DNA of 61,424 nucleotides from a bacterium (GCA_037130265.1 JBAXTI010000002.1:92870-154293), one strand, 5' to 3'; counted from the first letter of the stretch, positions 26,835 through 35,400 are shown. The notes: generated by a model from the letters alone, not told the origin. Numbers and translations: made by a program.

Positions 26835-28652
26835 TTACCCCTTCCTCTCAATCTCCTCCGCCAATTTCGCCACCACCTCCTCGGCCTTCATTTGACCGAG
26901 GTTGCCCTTGTCGCGGCTCTCGAGAGTCACTGCGCTGGCCGCTAGGTCCTTGTCGCCGATCACGACGAAGTATGGAATCTTGTCAGTCTTTGCCTGACGC
27001 ACGAGCTTGCCGAAACCTTCATTGCCAAGGCAGAGCTCAGAGCGGACACCCGCCGCTACGAGTGCGGTGTGTGCTGCACTTGCTGCTGCGTGGTGTGCTT
27101 CGCCGATCGGGATAATTTTCACCTGTGTAGGTGCGAGCCAGAGAGGGAATGCGCCGGCGTAGTGTTCAATGATGATACCCATGAAGCGCTCGAGTGAACC
27201 AGAAATTGCGCGGTGGATGACCACTGGTCGCTCCTTGAGGCCCTTGTCGTTGGTGAAGGAAAGGTCGAATCGCTCGGGAAGGTTGAAGTCGCACTGGATG
27301 GTTGCGAGTTGCCATTCTCGGCCGATGGAATCCTTGAACATGAAGTCGAGCTTTGGGCCATAGAAAGCAGCTTCACCCTCCACGCGCTTGTACGGGAGGT
27401 TGTTTGCCTTAGCCGCCTTTTCGAGTGAGCTTTCCGCGGTGTTCCAGACGTCATCGGTGCCGAGGTATTTGCTGCGATCCTCGCCACGCACAGAGAGACT
27501 GACCCAGTACTCCTTCATCAATCCAAATGGTGCGTAGAATTCTTTGATGACATTCACGATTGTCGCCACTTCCTGCTCGATCTGCGCGACAGAACAGAAG
27601 AGGTGTCCGTCGTCTTGAGTGATAGCACGCACGCGAGTGAGGCCACCCAATTGACCGGACTTCTCATCGCGGTACACAGTCGCTGGTTCGAAATATCGGA
27701 CCGGCATTTGGCGATATGAAAATTGATTGTCCGCGAAGATCTGCATGTGGTGTGGACAGTTCATTGGCTTCATGATGAACTTTTCCTCCTTGCCCTGCAC
27801 ACGGAAGAGTTCGTCACCGAATTTCGCAGCATGGCCAGACATGACATAGAGTTCTTCGCGAGCGATGTGCGGTGTCCAAACACGAGAGTAGCCCTTGTCC
27901 TTGTGGAGGTTCCAGAGGAAGTCGGAGATCTCGTTGCGGATCACCATGCCTTTTGGCTGCATGAGAGGAAGGCCTGCACCGACGAGTGGGGAAATAGTGA
28001 AGAGGCCCATTTCACGTCCAATCTTTTTGTGGTCGCGCTTTTTTGCTTCCTCGACCATCGTTTCATGTTGATCGAGCGCTTCTTTGGTTTCGAAAGCGAG
28101 GCCATAGATGCGGGTGAGCATTTTGTTCGCCTCACTGCCACGCCAATAAGCGCCCGCGATGTGGGTGAGCTTGAAGCTGTTTACTGGAATTTCCTTCGAT
28201 GGATCCTCCGCGTGTCCGCCTCGACAGAGGTCGGTGAATTCACTTTCGCCTTCGCCACAAGTGTAGAGGGTGATTTTTTCTTTGCGCTCGACAATGCCGT
28301 CGATGAGTTCGAGTTTGTATGGATTGCCTGCAAAAATCTTCCGCGCGTCGGCTGGCGACACTTCAATGTGTGTGAATGCGTGCCACTCGTGCAAGAATTC
28401 GCGCATCTTCTTTTCGATCTTCGGGAGGTCTTTTTCGGAGATGCTTGCCTTGGCCCCAGGCATAAGTGTCGCTGACGCTCCCTTACTCTCAGCGTTGAGC
28501 GGAAATTCGAAGTCATAATAGAAACCATTTTCGGTCGCAGGGCCGATGGTGGTCTTCGCGTCCGGTGAGAAGCTCAACACTGCTTTGGCGAGCAAGTGTG
28601 CGAGAGTGTGGCGCTTGTGTTCGAGAGATGTTTTTTCGGATGCGGGTTTCAT
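26835..28652 (-). CDS. thrS: threonine--tRNA ligase
   Basis: 605 aa. Class II core and editing-domain motifs (HKRHTLAHLLA, FMKPMNCPHH, HRAISGSLERF). Confidence 0.95.
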   Translation of the reverse strand: MKPASEKTSLEHKRHTLAHLLAKAVLSFSPDAKTTIGPATENGFYYDFEFPLNAESKGASATLMPGAKASISEKDLPKIEKKMREFLHEWHAFTHIEVSPADARKIFAGNPYKLELIDGIVERKEKITLYTCGEGESEFTDLCRGGHAEDPSKEIPVNSFKLTHIAGAYWRGSEANKMLTRIYGLAFETKEALDQHETMVEEAKKRDHKKIGREMGLFTISPLVGAGLPLMQPKGMVIRNEISDFLWNLHKDKGYSRVWTPHIAREELYVMSGHAAKFGDELFRVQGKEEKFIMKPMNCPHHMQIFADNQFSYRQMPVRYFEPATVYRDEKSGQLGGLTRVRAITQDDGHLFCSVAQIEQEVATIVNVIKEFYAPFGLMKEYWVSLSVRGEDRSKYLGTDDVWNTAESSLEKAAKANNLPYKRVEGEAAFYGPKLDFMFKDSIGREWQLATIQCDFNLPERFDLSFTNDKGLKERPVVIHRAISGSLERFMGIIIEHYAGAFPLWLAPTQVKIIPIGEAHHAAASAAHTALVAAGVRSELCLGNEGFGKLVRQAKTDKIPYFVVIGDKDLAASAVTLESRDKGNLGQMKAEEVVAKLAEEIERKG

Positions 28653-28933
28653 GGCGATTTTGTGAGGCGATTAAAGAGTAACGATTAATAAATAATAATG
28701 CGGAAAAGAAAACGCCCGAGCAAATGAACGACGAATCATTCATTTGCTCGGGCGGGGAAGTCTTAGCGCTTTCTGCGTCCATGACGCACGCCGATTCCTC
28801 GTGGTTCCACCGGGCTTCCTGCATGCTGACACTGGTCGCACTGGCAGGCACTCTGGCTTTTTGGGCCGACAGATTAGGGCTTTTGAGGCCTTGCTTTTGG
28901 CAACTGCGGTTGGTAGCCGCGGCAATCTCTATG
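28653..28933 (-). promoter_or_regulatory. structured thrS 5' leader with intrinsic terminator; T-box-like attenuator candidate
   Basis: Minus-strand elements in order. AGAGA at 28926-28930. Hairpin GCGG-CUACCAA-CCGC displaying the Thr codon ACC followed by A (28906-28920). GGUGGAACCACG at 28800-28811 (compare the T-box GGUGGNACCGCG). A 16-bp terminator at 28713-28754 plus UUUUCUUUU. Start codon follows 60 nt later. Confidence 0.45.
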
Positions 28934-28939
28934 GGCAAA

Positions 28940-28968
28940 AGTATACTACACGTCTCTGTTGTTGGCAA
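28940..28968 (-). promoter_or_regulatory. promoter of the thrS leader (TTGCCA-17 nt-TATACT)
   Basis: On the minus strand, the -35 box is at 28963-28968 and the -10 box at 28940-28945. Confidence 0.6.
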
Positions 28969-28995
28969 AAGCGTAAAAAGTGACATAAAGAATAT

Positions 28996-29194
28996 AAAAA
29001 GAGGCCACTCTTGCGAGTGGCCTCCGTCTTTGTCCGTACTCGACGGACTCGAACTCCTTCATGGCTCGCACTATGTGCGAAGCGTTGCCATCTCTCCGTC
29101 AAATAGAAAGATTACAACGTTCTATGAACTGACCATAACCTCTGCAACGAGAGATTTTGGCATGAAGTGTGCCGAGGCAGTGCGGTTTCTACCT
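28996..29194 (-). ncRNA. candidate ~200-nt small RNA or orphan transcription unit between dnaE and the thrS leader
   Basis: On the minus strand: TTGACG (29225-29230), an 18-nt spacer, TATAGT (29201-29206), and a strong terminator GAGGCCACTC-GCAA-GAGTGGCCTC plus T5 (28996-29024). No credible ORF. Identity unknown. Confidence 0.3.
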
Positions 29195-29254
29195 TTGTTT
29201 ACTATACGGTATTTTTGAGCCTCCCGTCAATTTTTGGACTTTTGTTGATTGCTA

Positions 29255-32200
29255 TCATACCAACGCCTTCACCTTCTCCACAAGCAAACTCACCTCGCCG
29301 TTGCGGTGGGAGATTTTGCCTTTTAGGGCGATGCATTTTTCGAGGACGATGAGGGATTTGAATTCGACGAGCGTTCGGGGGAACACCACCGCTTCCATGG
29401 AGCCGGACAGGTCGGCGATCTTCATGAACACCATTTGTTCACCTTTTTTTGTGGCGATCGGACGCATTTCTTCGATGATTCCAGCAATCACCACGAGCGT
29501 GCCTTCCTTACCCTCCTCGCGGATCTTTTTCACGTTCACATCGCGCTTATCGAGGATATCTCGATACTTGTCGAGCGGGTGGCCGGAAACGTAGAGGCCG
29601 AGAAGCTCTTTTTCCCAAGCGAGGCGGTCGGGCATGGGGGCGGCCGGCACGGACTCGAGCTTCAGGGTGGCACCGCTGCCGGCCGCGGCACCCGAAAGGC
29701 CGCCAAACAGAGAGTCTTGGTTTGCCGCTGCTTTCGCGAGTTCCTTGTTGTACATGAGCAAGGTCTCAATGTTTGCGAGCATCAAGCCGCGCTCGCCGAG
29801 CTCGTCCAAAGCACCAGCTTTGATCAGCGCTTCGAGCGACTTTTTATTCAAATTCTTGTCCTTCACTCGCTCCAAAAAATTGGTGAGCGACGTGAATGCG
29901 CCGCCCCGCTTGCGCTCATCAATGATTGCTGTAGCTGCGCCTTGTCCAAAGTTTTTGATCGTCACCAATCCGAAGCGAATGCGGTCCTTGGTTTCTTCAG
30001 CGCTTGCTGGGCGGCTCGTACCTGAGGCGGTGGTCACAATCGGCTGACCTTTTACAATAGTGAATTGGCTGAAGCTTTCATTCACCGACGGGGGCAATAC
30101 AGGGATCGCCATTCGTTTACATTCGGTGATGATTTCACCAATTTTTTCCACATCACCAGAGTCGGCGGTGAGTACTGCCGACATATAGATGGCAGGGAAG
30201 TTGGCCTTCATGTATGCGGTCTGGTACGCAACGCGGCCGTATGACGCTGCGTGCGAGTTGTGGACAATGATGTCATTAGCAACAAAATTGTGGTGCGTCG
30301 GCATGCTGATGTCGTATGTCATTTCCTTGCCAGCGGGGACAATGGAGACTACCTCGTCCCAATAGATGTCTGACTCGGAGTCTGAAGTCTTTTTATTGAT
30401 GACGGCAATTTTTTCTCCAATGTTCAGTACCCCCAATTCTTTCCAGGCATTCAACGTTAGGAATGGGTGATTGTCGGTAGCACGAATACTGCGGCCGCTA
30501 CGGGTTTTTAGAGTGAATACTTTTTTTACACCGTTCTGCATCACTGCTGATACTTTTTGTGACACGAGTTTTTTTGCCTCATCCAAAGAATGCAAAGAAA
30601 TACGCCGTTCGCTTTCGTACAATTCCTTCACGGTGAACACCGCCCCACTTTTTGCGTCGGTAATTCGTGTGTCACCAGTCACGCATTTATTAAATCCATA
30701 GGCCGCAAATGGCTCAATCAAAAGCCAAAGCTCCTTTGCGGTTTCTTCGGTCATACCATTTTTTACTAACCCTGCAATAAGCTTGCCCTTCTGCTCTTCC
30801 ATTTCCTTCGGGATCTTTTTACCCATCGCCTTTCGGAGCTTGTCGGCTTCGAGCCATGAGTAGCCACCGAGCTTGATCGCGGTGAGCATGACGTCGTCCT
30901 GATAGGTGATCACACCGTATGAACGATCCAAAATATCTTTGAGACGCGGGTCCAAATAGCGAATCTTTGAATGGTCGTGTTTACGCTCGATATAGTCTGG
31001 AATCTTTTCCATCGGGCCCGGGCGGTACAAGGCCACCATCGCGTTGATGTCGTGGATGGTTGAGGGCTTGAGGTCTTTGAGAAATCGCGTCATGCCCGAG
31101 CCGTTGAGCTGGAAAAGGCCGATCGTCTCACCGCGTGCGAGCATTTCGAATGTTTTTTTGTCTTCGACGTTCACGTTTTCGATGTCGACGGTGACACCTT
31201 CGATTTTTTTTACTCGATCCACCGCATCAGCAAGAATGGAAAGGTTTTTGATACCAAGAAAGTCAAATTTAAGCAGGCCCATACCGTCTTCGCCGACGCC
31301 GTGCATGTCGTATTGGGTGATGATTTTGTCTTCGCCCTTGGTATCGTACTGGAGTGGCACGTATTCGGTGAGAGGTTGAGGGCCGATCACCACGCCGGCA
31401 GCGTGCACGGAAATGTGGCGGGCACAGCCTTCGATCTTTTTCGCCATCTCGATAATCTGCTTGGTGTCATCGTCTTCTTTGTATAGTTTTTTGAGCTCGG
31501 GCACTTCGTCGAGTGCGCGATCGATGGTCATGGGGAAGCCTTGCGCACCCATCGGAATGAGTTTGGAAATACGGTCACCGACTTCATAGCCGAAACCCAT
31601 CGCGCGGGCGACGTCTCGCACCGCCCCTCGCGCCATCATTGTACCGAAGGTGCCGATCTGAGCGACGTGATCTTTACCGTATTTTTTGCGGGCGTATTCG
31701 ATCACCTCATCGCGGCGGTTGTCGGCGTAGTCCATATCGATATCGGGCGCTGAGGGACGCTCTGGGTTGAGGAATCGTTCGAAGGGGAGTTTGTATTCGA
31801 GCGGATCTACATTCGTAATATGCGCGAGGTATGTCACGAGTGATCCCGCGACCGATCCTCGAATAGTGGTGAGGATATTGTTTTCGTGCGCAAAACGGAG
31901 CAGGTCTGACACCACGAGAAAATATTGCGCGTATCCCTTGTCTTTGATGACTTTGAGCTCGTACTCAAGACGCGTGAACATCTCCGGTGTTTCGGCGATC
32001 GCGCGCTTTTTGATGCCCTCCGTTGCGAGTCTTCGCAATTCGTCATCATAAGACAATCCGCTTTCGACGATGTAGTTTGGAAACAGCCATTTGCCGAGGG
32101 TGAGATCGAGGTTGCACATTGCCGCGATCTTTTTTGTGTTGTCGAGTGCTTCAGCGCCAATGTCGCTACCATCTATGCTACCTGGGGCGCCCCGACCGCC

Positions 32201-33079
32201 GCTTTTTTTGAACAACTTCTCCATCTTCTTCGTCGTCATGAAAGAAAAGTCGGTATCGTCTGCGCCAAGGCCACCGTTGCCGCCGCGATCGCCGCCATCG
32301 CCGGAGCTGTTCACCATCATCAACGTGTTGCGGGCTTGCTTGTCGTCGGGAGAAATGTAATAAATGTCGTGTGCGGCGACGAGTGGAGTGTTTGTCGCTT
32401 TGCCGAGCGCAATGATGTGCTCCATCAATGCCTCGTGACCCTCGATGCCAGTGTGGTGGGTGATCTCGAGGAAGACATTTTCTGCGCCGTAGGTGGTTTT
32501 GTAGAAGCCAATTATTTCTTTCGCTTTTTCCTGGACCTCAGGGGCTTCCGGACCAGCCGCTCCGCGCAGTGCCGCCGCCACTTCGCCTCCGAGGGAGGGG
32601 ATAATGCACACCAGCCCGGCAGGGTATTGTGAGATGAGCTCGCGATCGAGTCGCGGCTTGTAATAGAAGCCGTCAAAGTGCGAGATGGTCACCAGCTTCA
32701 CGAGGCTTTTGTAGCCGGCGTGGTCTTTCGCCAGGAGTATCAGGCGGGTGCGACGGTTGTCCACGCCGGCTTGCTTGTCTTTGCGACTACGCGCTGCGAT
32801 ATACGCATGCACGCCAATGATTGGCTTGATACCAGCTTTTTTGCAATCTTTGTAAAATTCGATCGCTCCATACAAGCTACCGTTGTCTGTGAGGGCGAGT
32901 GCCGTCATGCCGTCTTCTTTGGCCGCCTCGATGAGGTCGGGAATTTTCGGCAGCGCCGCGAGTAGGGAGTAGTGGCTATGGACGTTTAGGTGCGTGAAAG
33001 TCGGTGCGACTGGCGCAACGCTCGCTGTCGCGGCTTTTGTCGCAGGGGCAGCATCTTTTTTTGTTGGTTCAGTGGCCAT
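29255..33079 (-). CDS. dnaE: DNA polymerase III alpha subunit, interrupted by a mini-intein
   Basis: PHP N-terminus (HLNVHSHYSLL) and polymerase core. The ..AAYGFNK / SHAASYG.. junction is split by 143 intein residues. Confidence 0.95.
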   Translation of the reverse strand: MATEPTKKDAAPATKAATASVAPVAPTFTHLNVHSHYSLLAALPKIPDLIEAAKEDGMTALALTDNGSLYGAIEFYKDCKKAGIKPIIGVHAYIAARSRKDKQAGVDNRRTRLILLAKDHAGYKSLVKLVTISHFDGFYYKPRLDRELISQYPAGLVCIIPSLGGEVAAALRGAAGPEAPEVQEKAKEIIGFYKTTYGAENVFLEITHHTGIEGHEALMEHIIALGKATNTPLVAAHDIYYISPDDKQARNTLMMVNSSGDGGDRGGNGGLGADDTDFSFMTTKKMEKLFKKSGGRGAPGSIDGSDIGAEALDNTKKIAAMCNLDLTLGKWLFPNYIVESGLSYDDELRRLATEGIKKRAIAETPEMFTRLEYELKVIKDKGYAQYFLVVSDLLRFAHENNILTTIRGSVAGSLVTYLAHITNVDPLEYKLPFERFLNPERPSAPDIDMDYADNRRDEVIEYARKKYGKDHVAQIGTFGTMMARGAVRDVARAMGFGYEVGDRISKLIPMGAQGFPMTIDRALDEVPELKKLYKEDDDTKQIIEMAKKIEGCARHISVHAAGVVIGPQPLTEYVPLQYDTKGEDKIITQYDMHGVGEDGMGLLKFDFLGIKNLSILADAVDRVKKIEGVTVDIENVNVEDKKTFEMLARGETIGLFQLNGSGMTRFLKDLKPSTIHDINAMVALYRPGPMEKIPDYIERKHDHSKIRYLDPRLKDILDRSYGVITYQDDVMLTAIKLGGYSWLEADKLRKAMGKKIPKEMEEQKGKLIAGLVKNGMTEETAKELWLLIEPFAAYGFNKCVTGDTRITDAKSGAVFTVKELYESERRISLHSLDEAKKLVSQKVSAVMQNGVKKVFTLKTRSGRSIRATDNHPFLTLNAWKELGVLNIGEKIAVINKKTSDSESDIYWDEVVSIVPAGKEMTYDISMPTHHNFVANDIIVHNSHAASYGRVAYQTAYMKANFPAIYMSAVLTADSGDVEKIGEIITECKRMAIPVLPPSVNESFSQFTIVKGQPIVTTASGTSRPASAEETKDRIRFGLVTIKNFGQGAATAIIDERKRGGAFTSLTNFLERVKDKNLNKKSLEALIKAGALDELGERGLMLANIETLLMYNKELAKAAANQDSLFGGLSGAAAGSGATLKLESVPAAPMPDRLAWEKELLGLYVSGHPLDKYRDILDKRDVNVKKIREEGKEGTLVVIAGIIEEMRPIATKKGEQMVFMKIADLSGSMEAVVFPRTLVEFKSLIVLEKCIALKGKISHRNGEVSLLVEKVKALV
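30257..30685 (-). mobile_element. mini-intein (143 aa, no homing-endonuclease domain) in DnaE
   Basis: Starts at Cys (CVTGDTRI, block A). Block B is RATDNHPF (TxxH). Blocks F/G are TYDISMPTHHNFVANDIIVHN, followed by the +1 Ser of the conserved NK-SHAA motif. Confidence 0.85.
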
Positions 33080-33160
33080 GAAGTTGCCTGGTGGGGAGCG
33101 CAGGGTCGCTGTTTTAAGGTGCTGTCATTATATACTCACATCGTTTAAAAGGCCAAAACA

Positions 33161-33184
33161 AAAACGTCCCGAATGGACGTTTTT
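33161..33184. terminator. bidirectional hairpin upstream of dnaE
   Basis: ACGTCC-CGAAT-GGACGT flanked by an A-run and a T-run. Confidence 0.55.
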
Positions 33185-33245
33185 GCGAAACAGCACCCTT
33201 ACCAATGGAGTAAGTGTACACGACCGTTGCTGTTTTCGTCAATGA

Positions 33246-33316
33246 TGGACCTAACGGGGATCGAACCCGTAAACGCACTTGGTAAGGGTGATGTTTCTGG
33301 AACCACCAGTAGGCCC
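33246..33316 (-). other. tRNA-like element (degenerate tRNA or pseudo-tRNA)
   Basis: On the minus strand: a 7-bp acceptor (GGGCCUA/UAGGUCC, one G-U pair) and a canonical T arm ACGGG-UUCGAUC-CCCGU. The D arm has no GG loop and the anticodon stem pairs poorly (loop UUACCAA). Confidence 0.3.
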
Positions 33317-33485
33317 ACGACATGAAGTACCAATTCATGTTCGCCTGTAAGTGTACAGAAGGGACGATAGAGAAACTGCCAAGAATGTTTCAAGAAAGTA
33401 CTAATTTCCGATAAAGAAACAGCAAATTTTTGATAAAGTTTTGCATTACTTAAATCCTATGCAAAATAAAGGTATAGTAGAGCGT

Positions 33486-34121
33486 ATGAAGTCTCGTGCG
33501 AACAAGCGCTACGTCATCGGTATCGACGAAGTCGGTCGCGGGCCACTAGCTGGTCCAGTGGCGGTGGGTGCGCTCGTGCTCAAAAAGCCGTTACCAAAAG
33601 AATTTCGCCGACGTACCTTCGATTCGAAGCAAATAAGGCCTGTCGAACGTGCGCTTTGGTACGCCCGCATCTGTGCCGCTCAAAAAAGCGGACATCTCGA
33701 TTTCAAGATTACTTTTGTGACTGAAAAAATCATCGACACGAAAGGATTGTCTTTTGCGATTCGTTCGGCGCTCGAGAAATCGCTTCGTGGCGTGCTCCGC
33801 TCCTCGTATCTCGCGCCGGCCGACTGCGATATTCGTCTCGACGGGGGACTGAAAGCACCTGCTGATTTCACTCGTCAGAAAACTATCATCAAGGGCGACG
33901 CCTCCGAGATCTCCATCGGCCTCGCTTCCATCGTCGCCAAACACCTCCGTGACAAAAAGATGATTGCCCTACACAAAAAATATCCTCTATACGGCTTCGA
34001 TGTGCATAAAGGCTACGGCACCGCGAAACATCGGGCGGCCATCCGCACGCACGGCCTTTGCCCGCTCCACCGCCGTTCGTTTCTGACCAAAATTGCCCCC
34101 TTTGCCACATTCCATATCTAG
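33486..34121 (+). CDS. rnhB: ribonuclease HII
   Basis: Trimmed to the ATG at 33486 (MKSRANKRYVIGIDEVGRGPLAGPV..). TATAGT lies 7 nt upstream. Confidence 0.9.
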   Translation: MKSRANKRYVIGIDEVGRGPLAGPVAVGALVLKKPLPKEFRRRTFDSKQIRPVERALWYARICAAQKSGHLDFKITFVTEKIIDTKGLSFAIRSALEKSLRGVLRSSYLAPADCDIRLDGGLKAPADFTRQKTIIKGDASEISIGLASIVAKHLRDKKMIALHKKYPLYGFDVHKGYGTAKHRAAIRTHGLCPLHRRSFLTKIAPFATFHI

Positions 34122-34163
34122 ATAGTTGCCAAAATACCCATATCGTGTATACTATTAGGCACT

Positions 34164-34424
34164 ATGGTAGTACGAATGCGCGCCAATCGATCTCACACCG
34201 GCAATCGCCGATCCCATCACGCTTTGACGGGACCGCGGATTTCTGTTGATTCAAAGACTGGTATTCCTCATCAGCGACACCGAGTGTGTCTCGAAACCGG
34301 TAATTACCGAGGGATGCAGATCCTCGATGTTGCTGGATCAGCGGTAAAGCAGGCGAAGAAGGTTCAGGCAAAGCTCCCAGCTAAGGCAGAAAGCAAGCCA
34401 GCTAAGAAGGAAGTCAAGAAATAG
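34164..34424 (+). CDS. rpmF: 50S ribosomal protein L32 with Lys-rich C-terminal tail
   Basis: RSHTGNRRSHHALT and the ..GNYRG.. pattern are typical of L32. Confidence 0.8.
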   Translation: MVVRMRANRSHTGNRRSHHALTGPRISVDSKTGIPHQRHRVCLETGNYRGMQILDVAGSAVKQAKKVQAKLPAKAESKPAKKEVKK

Positions 34425-34476
34425 GGTAAAATAGAGAGGTCGACGGTCAGCTCTTAACACAAACCAAGCACACCAC

Positions 34477-35400
34477 ATGGCAAACAGACATCTAGCTCGA
34501 TCGGTCGTGATGCAAGCCCTCTTTGAGTGGGATTTTGCTCATCGACCCGACAGCGAGATTAAGGACATTCTCGTCCGCGATGCCAAAGAGTTTGCACCTG
34601 GTTTGACCGACTATTCCTTCCTCACCGCGCTCGCGGAGAGCATTCTCAAAAAGCGTCCAGAGCTTGACGATATTATTCAGAAAGCAGCACCTGAGTGGCC
34701 AATAGACAAAATTTCCGTAGTCGACCGAAACATTCTTCGTCTCGGACTCTATGAGCTTTTGTTTGCGGACCGCGAGGAAGTGCCGGCGAAAGTGGCGATC
34801 AACGAGTCGATCGAACTCGCGAAGACCTTCGGCGGCGAAAATAGCGGCAAATTCATCAACGGTGTACTCGGCTCCGTATACAAAGAGCTCGGCGAGCCGG
34901 GCAAGGACAGTGCTCCAAAGGCGAAAAAGAAAGTTGTCGATCCAAAAGATTATCCGATCGAGAAGCTTGGCGGTGCAGTAGTGTATGCGCGCAAGGGCGA
35001 CGAAATCTATCTCGCGATGGTGCACGACATCTTTGGTCGTTGGACGCTCTCAAAAGGTCACTACAAGGACGAGGAGACCGACCAGCAGGCTATTAAGCGT
35101 GTGGCGATGGAAGAAATGACTCTCGATGTGGAGATTCAGCAGGAGTTGGGTCGCAACGAATACATTGCTTCCGACCCAGAGAAGGGGAAGCTCCGCAAGC
35201 AGGTGCTGTATTTCATGGCCGAGTCGCCTTTTGTACCAGTGAAGCTTGCAAAATCTGGCGGTCTCGACGATGCCCGCTGGTTCCACCTCTCCGAGATTCT
35301 CGACTTGAATTTGTATAATGATATTCTGCCAATCGTGACCAAGGGGGTAAATATTCTGACCGGCGCCGCCGTCGCGAGTGAAGAGGTGAAGGCGAAATAA
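34477..35400 (+). CDS. nusB: transcription antitermination factor NusB fused to a C-terminal Nudix-like domain
   Basis: N-terminal ~145 aa are NusB (ARSVVMQALFEWDF, VDRNILRLGLYELLF, AINESIELAKTFGG, FINGVLG). The C-terminal ~150 aa carry a Nudix-box-like GHYKDEETDQQAIKRVAMEEMTL. Confidence 0.8.
   Translation: MANRHLARSVVMQALFEWDFAHRPDSEIKDILVRDAKEFAPGLTDYSFLTALAESILKKRPELDDIIQKAAPEWPIDKISVVDRNILRLGLYELLFADREEVPAKVAINESIELAKTFGGENSGKFINGVLGSVYKELGEPGKDSAPKAKKKVVDPKDYPIEKLGGAVVYARKGDEIYLAMVHDIFGRWTLSKGHYKDEETDQQAIKRVAMEEMTLDVEIQQELGRNEYIASDPEKGKLRKQVLYFMAESPFVPVKLAKSGGLDDARWFHLSEILDLNLYNDILPIVTKGVNILTGAAVASEEVKAK

Noticed and set aside
29031-29100. Possible minus-strand tRNA suggested by GGAGTTCGAGTCC (T-loop-like)
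   Set aside because: The T stem does not pair (only G53-C61 is retained). The region between the putative acceptor strands is about 60 nt, and no D arm or anticodon arm of proper geometry can be drawn.
30257-30685. Homing endonuclease inside the DnaE intein
   Set aside because: Only 143 residues lie between Cys1 and the terminal Asn, all accounted for by splicing blocks. There is no LAGLIDADG or HNH motif, so it is a mini-intein.
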